A stretch of DNA of 64,000 nucleotides from Candidatus Cloacimonadales bacterium (GTDB lineage Bacteria; Cloacimonadota; Cloacimonadia; Cloacimonadales; JAFGVF01). Below are positions 28,237 to 37,785 of this stretch, in pieces. The notes below the pieces were generated by a model, which was not told the DNA's origin, searched no databases, and saw only the letters and a list, made by a program, of their open reading frames with translations. The translations under genes were made by a program, and so were the position numbers. How positions within the stretch are numbered: position 1 is the first letter of the stretch; every line of letters begins with the position of its first letter. The stretch is taken from positions 1,664,001 through 1,728,000 of the forward strand of contig OY762964.1 of NCBI GenBank assembly GCA_963667035.1, written 5' to 3'.

Positions 28237-30381
28237 ATGAGAATTATACTCATTGGTTTCATGGGTGCAGGAAAAAGCACTATTGGTAAAGAACTTTCTG
28301 ATAGAATGGGTATTCCTCTATATGAAACTGACACTATAATAACAGTTAGTTCAGGTAGAACTATCGATTTCTTTTTTGAAACAAATGAAGTTAAACAGTT
28401 TAGACAACTGGAAACAAATGCTTTGTTGAGTACTCCAGATAACAGTATTGTATCCACAGGAGGTGGTATTGTTGAAAGTGAATTCAACAGAGCATTTCTT
28501 AAAAAGAAGGAAAACTTTATAATTTGGCTTGACTCAGAGCCACTAAAACTTCTAAAAAGGATAGTTAAAAGTGATAGACCTCTAGTAAGAAATCTTACAA
28601 GAGAAGAATTACTTGAATTGTATTATAAAAGATATAACCTCTATAAATCTTGTGCGGATTTAGAGATTAGAGAAGATGATGAGCAGATTGTTGCGGCTAT
28701 GATTGAAAAGGAAGTTTGTATGGATAAAGCAATTAAGATTAAGGTATTACCGAATATTGGGAAAGAACTTGAAATAAAGCTCAATGAGCCTAAACGTATA
28801 TACGAGATATTCCAAATGCTTGATATGGATAGTAGTGATTACTTAAGTTTTAAGCTTAACAACTCTGCTTATGTGGATGAGCGTAAAGTTATTTATAAAG
28901 ATACGACAATCGAGTGTATAAGTATATGTCATCCTGAAGGTAGATGGATTTATCAAGATACTGCAATATTTGTTATGTCCAAAGCATTCCATAACCTCTT
29001 CCCTAACTCTTCTTTCTTTGTCGAGCATTCTGTAGGTAATGCGGTATATTGTGAAGTTTTTGAGAAAGAGAATGGCTTTAACTCTGATGATGTTGAAAAC
29101 TTAAAAAGAGAAATGCTTCATATTGTAAGCAGAAGCATGGATATTATTCAAGTACCTGTTTTCTTGAAAGAAGCAGAGAAGATTTTTGAAGAACAAAACA
29201 GAAAAGATTTTCTTAAGAATCTGAACTACTTCTCCCCTAGAGAAGTAAAATTATACAGATGCGGGAGCTATTACGACTATTATCTTAGAACTCTTGCAGA
29301 TAACACCAGAGTACTGACTAAGTTTGATTTGAGACACCAAAAGAATGGCTTCCTGTTAATATTCAATAATTGCTCTGATTCTGAGTTTATCTTACCTGAA
29401 AAGCTATTCAAAACTCATCAGGAACACGATAAATGGCTGAATATACTAAAAGTTCATAATATAAGAGATCTCAACAAACTAATTGATAGTTACGACATAT
29501 CGCATTTCATCCTTGTAGAAGAAGCATTACATGAAAAGAAAATTGCTCTTATTGCCGACCGGATTACTAAAGATGAAAGAATAAAAATTATTCTGATTGC
29601 CGGTCCTTCTTCATCCGGTAAAACAACATTTGCTAAACGGCTTTCAGTACAATTGAGAGTGTGTGGTGTTTCTCCATTTGTTATTAGCATGGATGATTAC
29701 TTCCTAGCTAGAACCCAAACTCCTCGTAAAGAAGATGGTTCTTTTGATTTTGAATGCATAGAATCTTTAGACTTACCATTGTTAAACGACCATCTCCAAA
29801 AATTAATTGATGGAGAAGAGATAGAGCTACCAAAATATAATTTCTCTTCCGGAGTATCAGAGAGAAGTTTTCAAAAGGTCAAACTCGGTCCTAATAATGT
29901 TATAGTAATGGAAGGCATACACGGAATAAATGATAAACTTACTGAATCAATACCGGCTGAAAACAAGGTCAAAATATATATAAGTGCACTTAACCAGCTT
30001 AACATTGATGATCATAATAGAATACCTACCACTGATTGCAGAAAAATCAGACGAATGGTTAGAGATAAACTATATAGAGGATACTCGGCTGAGGATACTC
30101 TTCAAAGATGGCAAGACGTAAGAGATGGCGAAGACAAGAACATATTCCCATTTCAAGAAAATGCTAACTTCATGTTTAATAGTAGTTTGACTTATGAACT
30201 GGCTGTTCTTAAGAAGTATGCAGTTAAAGTGTTAAGAAATGTTCCGACTCAATCTCCTGTATATACAGAAGCCCTACGTCTACTTGATCTTCTTAGTTTT
30301 GTGAAAGATATTCCTGAAGAATTAGTACCTGCTAATTCTCTGTTAAAGGAATTCATTTCAGGAAGTATATTCAGGGAGTAA
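28237..30381 (+). CDS. shikimate kinase fused to ThrRS-N-like/uridine kinase-type nucleoside kinase
   Basis: N-terminal GFMGAGKST, STGGG, RPL; C-terminal AGPSSSGKTT, SMDDYF, EGIHG, RRMVRD. Confidence 0.8.
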   Translation: MRIILIGFMGAGKSTIGKELSDRMGIPLYETDTIITVSSGRTIDFFFETNEVKQFRQLETNALLSTPDNSIVSTGGGIVESEFNRAFLKKKENFIIWLDSEPLKLLKRIVKSDRPLVRNLTREELLELYYKRYNLYKSCADLEIREDDEQIVAAMIEKEVCMDKAIKIKVLPNIGKELEIKLNEPKRIYEIFQMLDMDSSDYLSFKLNNSAYVDERKVIYKDTTIECISICHPEGRWIYQDTAIFVMSKAFHNLFPNSSFFVEHSVGNAVYCEVFEKENGFNSDDVENLKREMLHIVSRSMDIIQVPVFLKEAEKIFEEQNRKDFLKNLNYFSPREVKLYRCGSYYDYYLRTLADNTRVLTKFDLRHQKNGFLLIFNNCSDSEFILPEKLFKTHQEHDKWLNILKVHNIRDLNKLIDSYDISHFILVEEALHEKKIALIADRITKDERIKIILIAGPSSSGKTTFAKRLSVQLRVCGVSPFVISMDDYFLARTQTPRKEDGSFDFECIESLDLPLLNDHLQKLIDGEEIELPKYNFSSGVSERSFQKVKLGPNNVIVMEGIHGINDKLTESIPAENKVKIYISALNQLNIDDHNRIPTTDCRKIRRMVRDKLYRGYSAEDTLQRWQDVRDGEDKNIFPFQENANFMFNSSLTYELAVLKKYAVKVLRNVPTQSPVYTEALRLLDLLSFVKDIPEELVPANSLLKEFISGSIFRE

Positions 30382-30384
30382 ATC

Positions 30385-30738
30385 ATGGCTCATTTAATCT
30401 TCTTAGGCTTGCATTACCAACCAATGGATTTAAAGTGGTCAGTAGTGAATACTACTGACTTTGATAGAGTATACAACTATCTCACACCGGAATCGGTTAT
30501 TTTTATAGATAGCGAAATGCTTAAAGACCATTTAAACTATAAAAGATTACTGATGATAAAACTAAACTCTCCGCAAGTCCAACTTTTTGCTGTTAATAAT
30601 GAAATTGATTATAACTATCTAGTATCGATTAAAGACAATGAGATACCTCAAAAGATTGAGGAAGCAACATCAAGACCTTATCTGTTTACAGATAAAAGAA
30701 ACTTTATCAAGGATATAAGCAGGATTATTCTGGACTAA
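30385..30738 (+). CDS. hypothetical protein
   Basis: 117 aa ORF directly after the kinase, convergent with rnhB. Confidence 0.6.
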   Translation: MAHLIFLGLHYQPMDLKWSVVNTTDFDRVYNYLTPESVIFIDSEMLKDHLNYKRLLMIKLNSPQVQLFAVNNEIDYNYLVSIKDNEIPQKIEEATSRPYLFTDKRNFIKDISRIILD

Positions 30739-31352
30739 TAGAAATCAACCGTTAACTGGGCACATGGACCATAACTCATTCTATGATGCTTGGTAACTCC
30801 GTACTTTTTGATTGCATCCAAATGCTTTTGTGTCGGATATCCCTTGTGCCGTGCAAAGCCATATTCAGGGAACTCTTTGTCCAACTCAATCATTATGCGA
30901 TCCCGAGTAACTTTAGCTAAAATTGAAGCGGCTGCTATTGATGCGTAATGGCTATCACCTTTTACAACTGCTTCCTTAGATATGTTAAGAGTTCTCGGTA
31001 ACTTATTACCATCAATCAAACAGTGTTCAGGTGCTATACTCAATTTTTCTATTGCTCTTTGCATCCCGTTTAATGAAGCATTCAAAATGTTAACTTCATC
31101 TATTTCCTTTGGAGCTACAATCTCAATACTATAAGCTAGTGCCTTATTCATAATCTCTTCAAACAAAGCTTCTCGTTTCTTCTCTGAGATTTTCTTTGAG
31201 TCGTTGACTCCTTCAATTATAATACTTCTGTCTAAAACAACAGCAGCAGCAACAAGAGGACCTGCCAGAGGTCCCCTGCCGGCTTCATCAGCACCTGCTA
31301 CTATTTTATTTAGCCCAAAAGCTTCTGTTTCATTTTGATATAACTTATTCAT
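30735..31352 (-). CDS. rnhB: ribonuclease HII
   Basis: GADEAGRGPLAGP, DSKK, IDGN, IAAASILAKVTRD. Confidence 0.96.
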   Translation of the reverse strand: MNKLYQNETEAFGLNKIVAGADEAGRGPLAGPLVAAAVVLDRSIIIEGVNDSKKISEKKREALFEEIMNKALAYSIEIVAPKEIDEVNILNASLNGMQRAIEKLSIAPEHCLIDGNKLPRTLNISKEAVVKGDSHYASIAAASILAKVTRDRIMIELDKEFPEYGFARHKGYPTQKHLDAIKKYGVTKHHRMSYGPCAQLTVDFY

Positions 31353-33051
31353 TCGTTGTTAAGCAGAAGAAAACCCTTTCGTATCTTTCTTCTATTTCTT
31401 CCGGTTCCATATTAATCAACGATTTAACTGGTGTAGGAGTTTTAATATCTTTTATCACGAATCCCATTTTCTCCACAGTTTCTTTAATCTCAGATATTGA
31501 ATAGACATTCTGGATATGGGATTCCGTATATCTGGTAAACCCAAATGCATTCCTTTTGAACAAGGTTAGGTTTGAGTATTGTTTAAAGTGCTTTGAATCA
31601 AAGTCAGCTTCATGTAACATCAGCAAATCATCTGTAGACTCAATATTCACAAAATCGTCAAAGTTTTCAATGCTGTTGCAAAGAGTTGAAACATCAAAGA
31701 TAAACATTCCATTCTCAGTAAGAGCTCTCTTTACATTAGCTAACATTTGCTCAACATGAGATAGCTTCAACAAATAGTTTACACTATCGAAAAGGCAAAT
31801 GATTAGATCATATTTACCTGATATTTCATCTGTCATATCTGCAAGATAGAGTTCTGGAGCATGTTTTTTCTTTGCAGCAATAGCAAGCATTGCTTCAGAG
31901 TTATCGCTAGCTACAACAGTAAACCTCTTTTTAACTAATTGACAAGAGATATTGGCTGTGCCACATGCAATTTCGAGAATACTTTTGGGTTTTGTATTCA
32001 TGAAGTTATGATACTCTTCCAGTATCAATTCAACCCATCCTTTGTAATCAACGTGTCCCATATACTCATCATAATACTCTGCAAAAATATTGTATGATGA
32101 GCTAATTACTTTATCATTTGATAACCTTTTTTCAAGCCATACTATTGCTGACTTCATACTTTCATAATCCGCTGAATTAGTACCGGCAATATCAAATGCA
32201 GTACCGTGGTCTGCTGATGTTCTATAGTATGGTAATCCCAATGTAACATTGACTCCGCTACCTTTGGAAAGCATCTTAAAGGGAATTAATCCCTGATCAT
32301 GATATGGAGAAATAACAAGATCATACTTTTCTAGATTGTATGCAAAGAACGTATCTGCCGGAAAGGGACCATCAATGTAGATATCTTCATCAGCTAACTT
32401 GATAATCACTTGCTCCATCATTATATCTTCCCTACCAAACATCCCTGACTCTCCCCCATGAGGATTAAGGGCTAGAAGAGCTATGCGAGCTTTAGGTTTT
32501 AGCTTTACGTACTCTCTATGAATAAGTCTTAACTTACTTTCGATCCTTTCAAATGTTAAGTAATCCGATAACTCACATATACCAAGATGAGTGGATAGCA
32601 GAGCAAGATCAAAAACAGGTCCCCAAAAGGTCATTATAACTTCGGCACTAGCTTTACCGCCAAAATACTCAGTATGTCCGATAAAATACTTATCATGAGG
32701 TTTAACATACTCTTTGGACAGAGGAGCTGTAACAATCCCATGCAACTCTCCTCTGTTTAAGTCATAACTAACACGCTCAAGAATCTGCCATGCAACTTTG
32801 CCACTTTGTATAGATGGCTCACCCGGAACAATTTCTTTATCTGCAATCTCTATCAGATAAATCTTACCTGCATCATTAGCATCGGCTATGTCATCAATCT
32901 TAACAGGTTTGTATCCGTTACCTGAATATCTATAGCTTCCGTATATTACATAAATAATATCCTGCTTAAGAGTGTGAAACCTAAGTGCTTTCTCCGTAAT
33001 CTCAGGTCCAATACCCGCAGGATCACCGGTTGTAATTCCGATTCTATTCAT
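31345..33051 (-). CDS. pdxA: PdxA dehydrogenase fused to class I SAM methyltransferase
   Basis: GDPAGIGPE, GHTE, LNPH, YHDQGL, RTSADHGTAFDIAG; then LEIACGTA and FDSVNYL. Confidence 0.85.
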   Translation of the reverse strand: MNRIGITTGDPAGIGPEITEKALRFHTLKQDIIYVIYGSYRYSGNGYKPVKIDDIADANDAGKIYLIEIADKEIVPGEPSIQSGKVAWQILERVSYDLNRGELHGIVTAPLSKEYVKPHDKYFIGHTEYFGGKASAEVIMTFWGPVFDLALLSTHLGICELSDYLTFERIESKLRLIHREYVKLKPKARIALLALNPHGGESGMFGREDIMMEQVIIKLADEDIYIDGPFPADTFFAYNLEKYDLVISPYHDQGLIPFKMLSKGSGVNVTLGLPYYRTSADHGTAFDIAGTNSADYESMKSAIVWLEKRLSNDKVISSSYNIFAEYYDEYMGHVDYKGWVELILEEYHNFMNTKPKSILEIACGTANISCQLVKKRFTVVASDNSEAMLAIAAKKKHAPELYLADMTDEISGKYDLIICLFDSVNYLLKLSHVEQMLANVKRALTENGMFIFDVSTLCNSIENFDDFVNIESTDDLLMLHEADFDSKHFKQYSNLTLFKRNAFGFTRYTESHIQNVYSISEIKETVEKMGFVIKDIKTPTPVKSLINMEPEEIEERYERVFFCLTTNE

Positions 33052-33839
33052 TATTTCTTATCGCTACTTCCCGGTTTAGTTATGTCCATTCCTGCTTTAC
33101 AAAGTGGACAATCTTCCGGTTCCCAAGATTCTATTGATAATGTTAAAAGTGGAAATGTAGGTATACCAAAATCAACCTTACCACCTGAACGATCAACAAT
33201 AAGTCCGACAGCTGCAATGCCAACTCCGCGTTCCTTAAGAGCATCTATCACTTCAAATACACTACCACCGGTTGTAACAATATCTTCTATAATAACAGCC
33301 TTCATTCCGGCTTTTAAATCAAATCCGCTTCTAAAACTCATGACTCCATCCTTTCTCTGGCAGAAAGCAAAACTCTTACCAAGCTGTTTTGCTACTTCAT
33401 ATCCAAGTACAATCGCACCAAAAGCGGGACCAATTACTATGTCACATTCTATATCCTTTAGAGCAAGAGCCATTCTATTACAAATAATCTCAACCTTATC
33501 AGGAGACTGGATTATTTTAATCTTCTCAACATATTTATTACTGTGTCTTCCTGATGTAAGTTTAAAATGTCCCTCGAGCAAGGAACCGCAATCTTTCAAA
33601 ACAGATTCTGTAACATAGGCTGAATTAATATTCGTTAAATGCTCTTTAGCTATTTCCGCATCATCTTCGTTAACCTTTAGTTCCGTTTCATATTTTAAAC
33701 CTGCAAAGGATGGAATAATTGTATTTATCAACTCATTGAAAACTACTGCTTCAATACCACAGTCATCAAGATAAGTTTTTGCTAGTTCAGCTTCAAAGGG
33801 AGTATCATATTTGGCTATTGTTACTAAATTCTGACTCAT
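33051..33839 (-). CDS. pyrE: orotate phosphoribosyltransferase with N-terminal DUF2007-like domain
   Basis: GHFKLTSGRHS, IIEDIVTTGGS, VDRS; N-terminal EAELAKTYLDDCGI. Confidence 0.9.
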   Translation of the reverse strand: MSQNLVTIAKYDTPFEAELAKTYLDDCGIEAVVFNELINTIIPSFAGLKYETELKVNEDDAEIAKEHLTNINSAYVTESVLKDCGSLLEGHFKLTSGRHSNKYVEKIKIIQSPDKVEIICNRMALALKDIECDIVIGPAFGAIVLGYEVAKQLGKSFAFCQRKDGVMSFRSGFDLKAGMKAVIIEDIVTTGGSVFEVIDALKERGVGIAAVGLIVDRSGGKVDFGIPTFPLLTLSIESWEPEDCPLCKAGMDITKPGSSDKK

Positions 33840-33973
33840 GATTTACCTCTTTTATGTTTTATTCTATTATCGTATACTTTAGCTAAATTGTCAAACTCAA
33901 ATTACATGTTCCAAAGCAATAAAAAAAGGTCACACAAATCCGTGCGACCCTTAATATATTGAATTGTGCTAAA

Positions 33974-34438
33974 TTACTCGACGCTTTCTTCTTTCTTTTC
34001 TTCTTCTGGAGTTTCAGGCTCTTCTTTACAATTGCAGTCATCACCGCAATCACAGTCATCTCCACATTCGCATTCTGAGTCTTCGCCACAGTTACATTCA
34101 TCGGTTTTAGCAGTTTTATCATAGATATCAATCTTTATGTTTTTACATAATTCAGGATAGAAATCTTCAATATACTCTAAGATTATAGCTTCGATATCAC
34201 TGTTGTTCTCTAAAATCTCAGTAGAGAATCCGACTTTTATCTGTAATGATCTAAACTGCTGGTTCATGTTTATTGCCGGCTTCTCACCATAAACATTTGT
34301 AAGAAATTCAGGAAGATTCTTTGAAAGCTTCATGACACCATGAATCATCTTATAAATCTTAATTCCTAAATAACCTAAACCTGCAAGTACGGCAAAGTTA
34401 AAAGCTTTTTTAAAAAACTTACTCATTAAATGCTCCAA
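33974..34438 (-). CDS. membrane-anchored hypothetical protein with Cys/acidic tail
   Basis: N-terminal hydrophobic helix; ECNCGEDSECECGDDCDCGDDCNC. Confidence 0.75.
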   Translation of the reverse strand: MEHLMSKFFKKAFNFAVLAGLGYLGIKIYKMIHGVMKLSKNLPEFLTNVYGEKPAINMNQQFRSLQIKVGFSTEILENNSDIEAIILEYIEDFYPELCKNIKIDIYDKTAKTDECNCGEDSECECGDDCDCGDDCNCKEEPETPEEEKKEESVE

Positions 34439-34447
34439 TATTTTGGC

Positions 34448-35143
34448 TTATCTGTAAATAGATTTGATTCTTCCCCATGATTTCTTTGAATTGCTTGTTC
34501 CATATGGAAGTAAATCTGCAGCAGTTCTTGGGAAAACCTTATAATGATCGTAACTATAATGTATGATTCCAAGCATGTCTAATTGCTGACCAACCTGAAC
34601 ACTGTAGTCATCATACATGTCATCATCTACTAAGCATTCGCCTGTACCGTCATTAATACCGAATTGATTGTAACTGTTATCTTCTGTGCTTGATGAAACA
34701 GAAGCTCTTGAAATAGCAGCGTAAACACCTTCATATTGTTCAGCTGTTGCTGCATTGTTCAAAGAACCTGTTGTAACTAAAGTTGGGTTAGGAAGTGGAT
34801 TACCACTGCTTAAAACTTGAGTTGTTACATAAGTTAACTCTGTAACTCCATTGTATTCAGCAACTGTTCCGGTACAAGATACCATATCACCAAGTTGTGG
34901 TAAAGTAGTCCATTCATAAACAAAGAGACCACGCCATGCTCCACCTTGTGGTTCACTGATAAAGAACTTTTCACCCTGCATTAAAACAGCAGTAACAACA
35001 CCTTCAACAGTAACCTGTTGTCCGACCAAATCTGATGGATATGTTCCATTACCGGGGTTAGTGGTATACTGAACATCATAAATCGTTGTGGCAGACAAAG
35101 CACCTAACAGAACTACAAGTAAAATCGACATAATATAACGCAT
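34448..35143 (-). CDS. secreted OB-fold (YhcR-like) protein with WGxIK C-terminus
   Basis: Signal peptide, TIYDVQ...VTVEGVVT...GTVAEY, PRTAADL, ends SWGRIKSIYR. Confidence 0.75.
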   Translation of the reverse strand: MRYIMSILLVVLLGALSATTIYDVQYTTNPGNGTYPSDLVGQQVTVEGVVTAVLMQGEKFFISEPQGGAWRGLFVYEWTTLPQLGDMVSCTGTVAEYNGVTELTYVTTQVLSSGNPLPNPTLVTTGSLNNAATAEQYEGVYAAISRASVSSSTEDNSYNQFGINDGTGECLVDDDMYDDYSVQVGQQLDMLGIIHYSYDHYKVFPRTAADLLPYGTSNSKKSWGRIKSIYR

Positions 35144-35378
35144 GTTATTTCCTCCAAATCTTTATAATCAATTTTAAACTATTTATCCATAGCCTTTCAA
35201 TATACATTTTATTACGATTTAGCACCTTGTCAACTGTTTTTTAGTCATATGAAGGCTTTTCTGTATATTAATCACCCAATTAACACTTTCTTAATTGTTC
35301 AAGCTATACATATCTCTATAATTGATATAGTTATATACTATTTTATTCAGTTAGGGGATCATACTTTCTTTGTCGACC

Positions 35379-35417
35379 AAAAAATATGGGGAAAGCCGGG
35401 AGGTTGGCTTTCCCCAT
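35379..35417 (-). terminator. terminator of the hsp20 pair
   Basis: ATGGGGAAAGCC/GGCTTTCCCCAT stem; A-run at 35379-35384 gives a minus-strand U tail. Confidence 0.75.
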
Positions 35418-35432
35418 TTCTAAGAGAGATTC

Positions 35433-35849
35433 TTATTGTATGATTATTTTTTTAGCAGGTTCAGGTTCAACCTTGGGAATCTCAATCGTGAGTACTCCAT
35501 TCTTCATGGAAGCTGTAATCTTTTCAGAATCGCAATTCTCACCTAATGAGATTGAGCGCTTGTACTCACCAAGGAATCTTTCCTGTCTATGATATTTCTT
35601 ATCTTCTTTTTGTGTCTCTGTTTTTGCCTCAATAGTCAATACGTTATCAGCAACATTAATATTAACATCTTTCTTTTCGAATCCCGGAAGTTCCGCATCA
35701 ATCAAGAACTTGTCATCTTCCTCTCTGATGTCTAAGGCCATCCCTGAGCTATTCTCTGAAAAGAAATCATCTCTAAAGAAGTTCTTAAACAGATCCATCT
35801 TTGGAAAGTCAAGGAATGAGTCGAATAAGCTTACTGGATAATGTCTCAT
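35433..35849 (-). CDS. Hsp20/alpha-crystallin small heat-shock protein
   Basis: AELPGF.K.DV, ERFLGEYKRSI, NGVLTIEIPK. Confidence 0.93.
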   Translation of the reverse strand: MRHYPVSLFDSFLDFPKMDLFKNFFRDDFFSENSSGMALDIREEDDKFLIDAELPGFEKKDVNINVADNVLTIEAKTETQKEDKKYHRQERFLGEYKRSISLGENCDSEKITASMKNGVLTIEIPKVEPEPAKKIIIQ

Positions 35850-35860
35850 GTTTTCCTCCT

Positions 35861-36277
35861 TTAGTTTATTGCTATTTGTTTTGGCTGAAGTTTCGCAGCT
35901 TTTGGTATTTTAACTATCAACACGCCATTTTCCATTTCAGCACCGATTTTTTCAGTATCAAAACTGTTATCCAATCTAAAAGTTCTCTTTAACTCCATAT
36001 TACATCTTTCTCTTCTGATATATTGCTTTTCATCCTCATCAACCGATTTCACCTCTATTGTGAGGACATTGTTCTCGACTGAAATGTTAACATCGTCTTT
36101 ATTGTGTCCTGGCATCTCAGCCTGAATAATATAAGCATCTTCCTCTTCAAGAATATCAACTTTCATCGGAGAAACCCGATGAGTTGGGGTTAAATCAAAA
36201 TCATTGAATGCACCAAGCATTCTTTCCATTTCCCTCATTGGGAAGTATCCGGGTCTGCTCTTTACTAAGTATCTCAT
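35861..36277 (-). CDS. Hsp20/alpha-crystallin small heat-shock protein
   Basis: AEMPG, RRER, NGVLIVKIPK. Confidence 0.93.
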   Translation of the reverse strand: MRYLVKSRPGYFPMREMERMLGAFNDFDLTPTHRVSPMKVDILEEEDAYIIQAEMPGHNKDDVNISVENNVLTIEVKSVDEDEKQYIRRERCNMELKRTFRLDNSFDTEKIGAEMENGVLIVKIPKAAKLQPKQIAIN

Positions 36278-36309
36278 TTTTTCCTCCTGTTGATTTTCGA
36301 TACAGCCAT

Positions 36310-36337
36310 ATAATAATCAAGCAGGTTTTATTGTCAA
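36310..36337 (-). promoter_or_regulatory. sigma70-type promoter for the hsp20 pair
   Basis: Minus strand TTGACA (36337-36332)-N16-TATTAT (36315-36310). Confidence 0.5.
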
Positions 36338-36637
36338 ATTATTTTTAAGCAATCTTACTTAATATCTGCTAATTCTATAACTATTGGCATATTATTGAAA
36401 TATATTACTTGCTGTCATTCAATTGTTTATATATTCTGTTAACTAGAATTATATTTCTTAGCGGTCTTATACTTCTTGTTGTATCATTGCTAATGCTGAA
36501 GCAATAATATTGCTGTTTCTTCCCGTAACATTATTTTTATCAATACTTGCTTTGAACGGGAAACTGATTAGTTATATCTATGACTGCTTAACGCTTATCA
36601 CATTAATAATCATATTAATCATAAATGAGGAATATCG

Positions 36638-37717
36638 ATGAAGAAGTTTTTATACATAATAATGATGCTAACATTTGTTCTGACTTTACTCGCAGAGGAA
36701 AAGCTTGATAAGAACTATAGATTGGTTGGATTCCCCTTTGGCTTTTATAAACCTGAAACTAGTTTTGCCTTAGGTTTCGGAGGAGGTTTATACTTCAGAC
36801 TACCTGATCAAGATGATAGCTATAACACTTCCGAGATAGCTCTGGCAGGTTTCTATTCATTTAAAAACTATTATTCAGTGACCTTAAAACCCGATATCTA
36901 TCTAAACCTATATAATCTTAGAGTATTAACGACTCTAAAGTTTGAGAATAATGATGGAAGTTATTTTGGAATAGGTCCTCTCAATACTAAGGACGATGAG
37001 ATTATATATAGATATCAACAACAGCAGATGACATTTGAAATATCAAATCCATCTTTTTTTATAGATTATCTAGAGAGGGGTCTTATAATAGATTATAGTA
37101 ATTTCAAAATGAAGGATATTAAGGATTCCTCTTTTGTTCAATACCCGTTTATAAATGAGGATTATAAGTATCAGCAATTGGGATTAGGTTTTAGAATGGA
37201 CTACGATAGACGTGATGACATTCATTTCCCAACTGACGGCTACTATGCAGGTATCAGGTATGTATCTTACAGAAAGGATTGGAATAGCGATTATGAGTTC
37301 AACAATCTTATCTTCGATATCAGGAAATATTTTCCTTTAAAGGGAAACCAGACAATAGCTAACCAGTTATACTCGGGTAATATTTCTCACAATGCACCTT
37401 TTATGTTCCTTTCCTCATTAGGAGGCTCAGAGATAATGAGAGGTTACTATGAAGGAAGATTCAGAGACAGAAACTCCCTTGTCTATCAATTGGAATACAG
37501 GAATATGTTTACTGAGAAATGGGGAGCTGTTGCCTTTGCCAACTTTGGAACAGTATATTCAAGATTTGAAGATATTGAAAGAAAGGATATTATCCCATCA
37601 TTTGGTATTGGTGGCAGATATAAGCTTATTCCTGAAGACAATATTAATCTCAGGCTTGATCTAGCTAAGGGAAGAAACTCTTTTGGCTTCTACTTTCTAA
37701 TTGAAGAAGCGTTCTAG
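36638..37717 (+). CDS. BamA/TamA (Omp85)-type outer-membrane barrel protein, no POTRA domains
   Basis: Signal peptide, LGG...MRGY..GRFRD, GIGGRY, C-terminal EAF. Confidence 0.85.
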   Translation: MKKFLYIIMMLTFVLTLLAEEKLDKNYRLVGFPFGFYKPETSFALGFGGGLYFRLPDQDDSYNTSEIALAGFYSFKNYYSVTLKPDIYLNLYNLRVLTTLKFENNDGSYFGIGPLNTKDDEIIYRYQQQQMTFEISNPSFFIDYLERGLIIDYSNFKMKDIKDSSFVQYPFINEDYKYQQLGLGFRMDYDRRDDIHFPTDGYYAGIRYVSYRKDWNSDYEFNNLIFDIRKYFPLKGNQTIANQLYSGNISHNAPFMFLSSLGGSEIMRGYYEGRFRDRNSLVYQLEYRNMFTEKWGAVAFANFGTVYSRFEDIERKDIIPSFGIGGRYKLIPEDNINLRLDLAKGRNSFGFYFLIEEAF

Positions 37718-37785
37718 TTATCATATACAAGAAAGACCTGCCACTTATTGTGACAGGTCATTTTTACATGTATTGGGGGGATTAA

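Noticed and set aside
32974..33618. 214-aa plus-strand ORF and similar antisense ORFs (e.g. 24482-24955, 56365-56829, 62174-62590)
   Set aside because: Shadow frames of well-supported genes on the opposite strand
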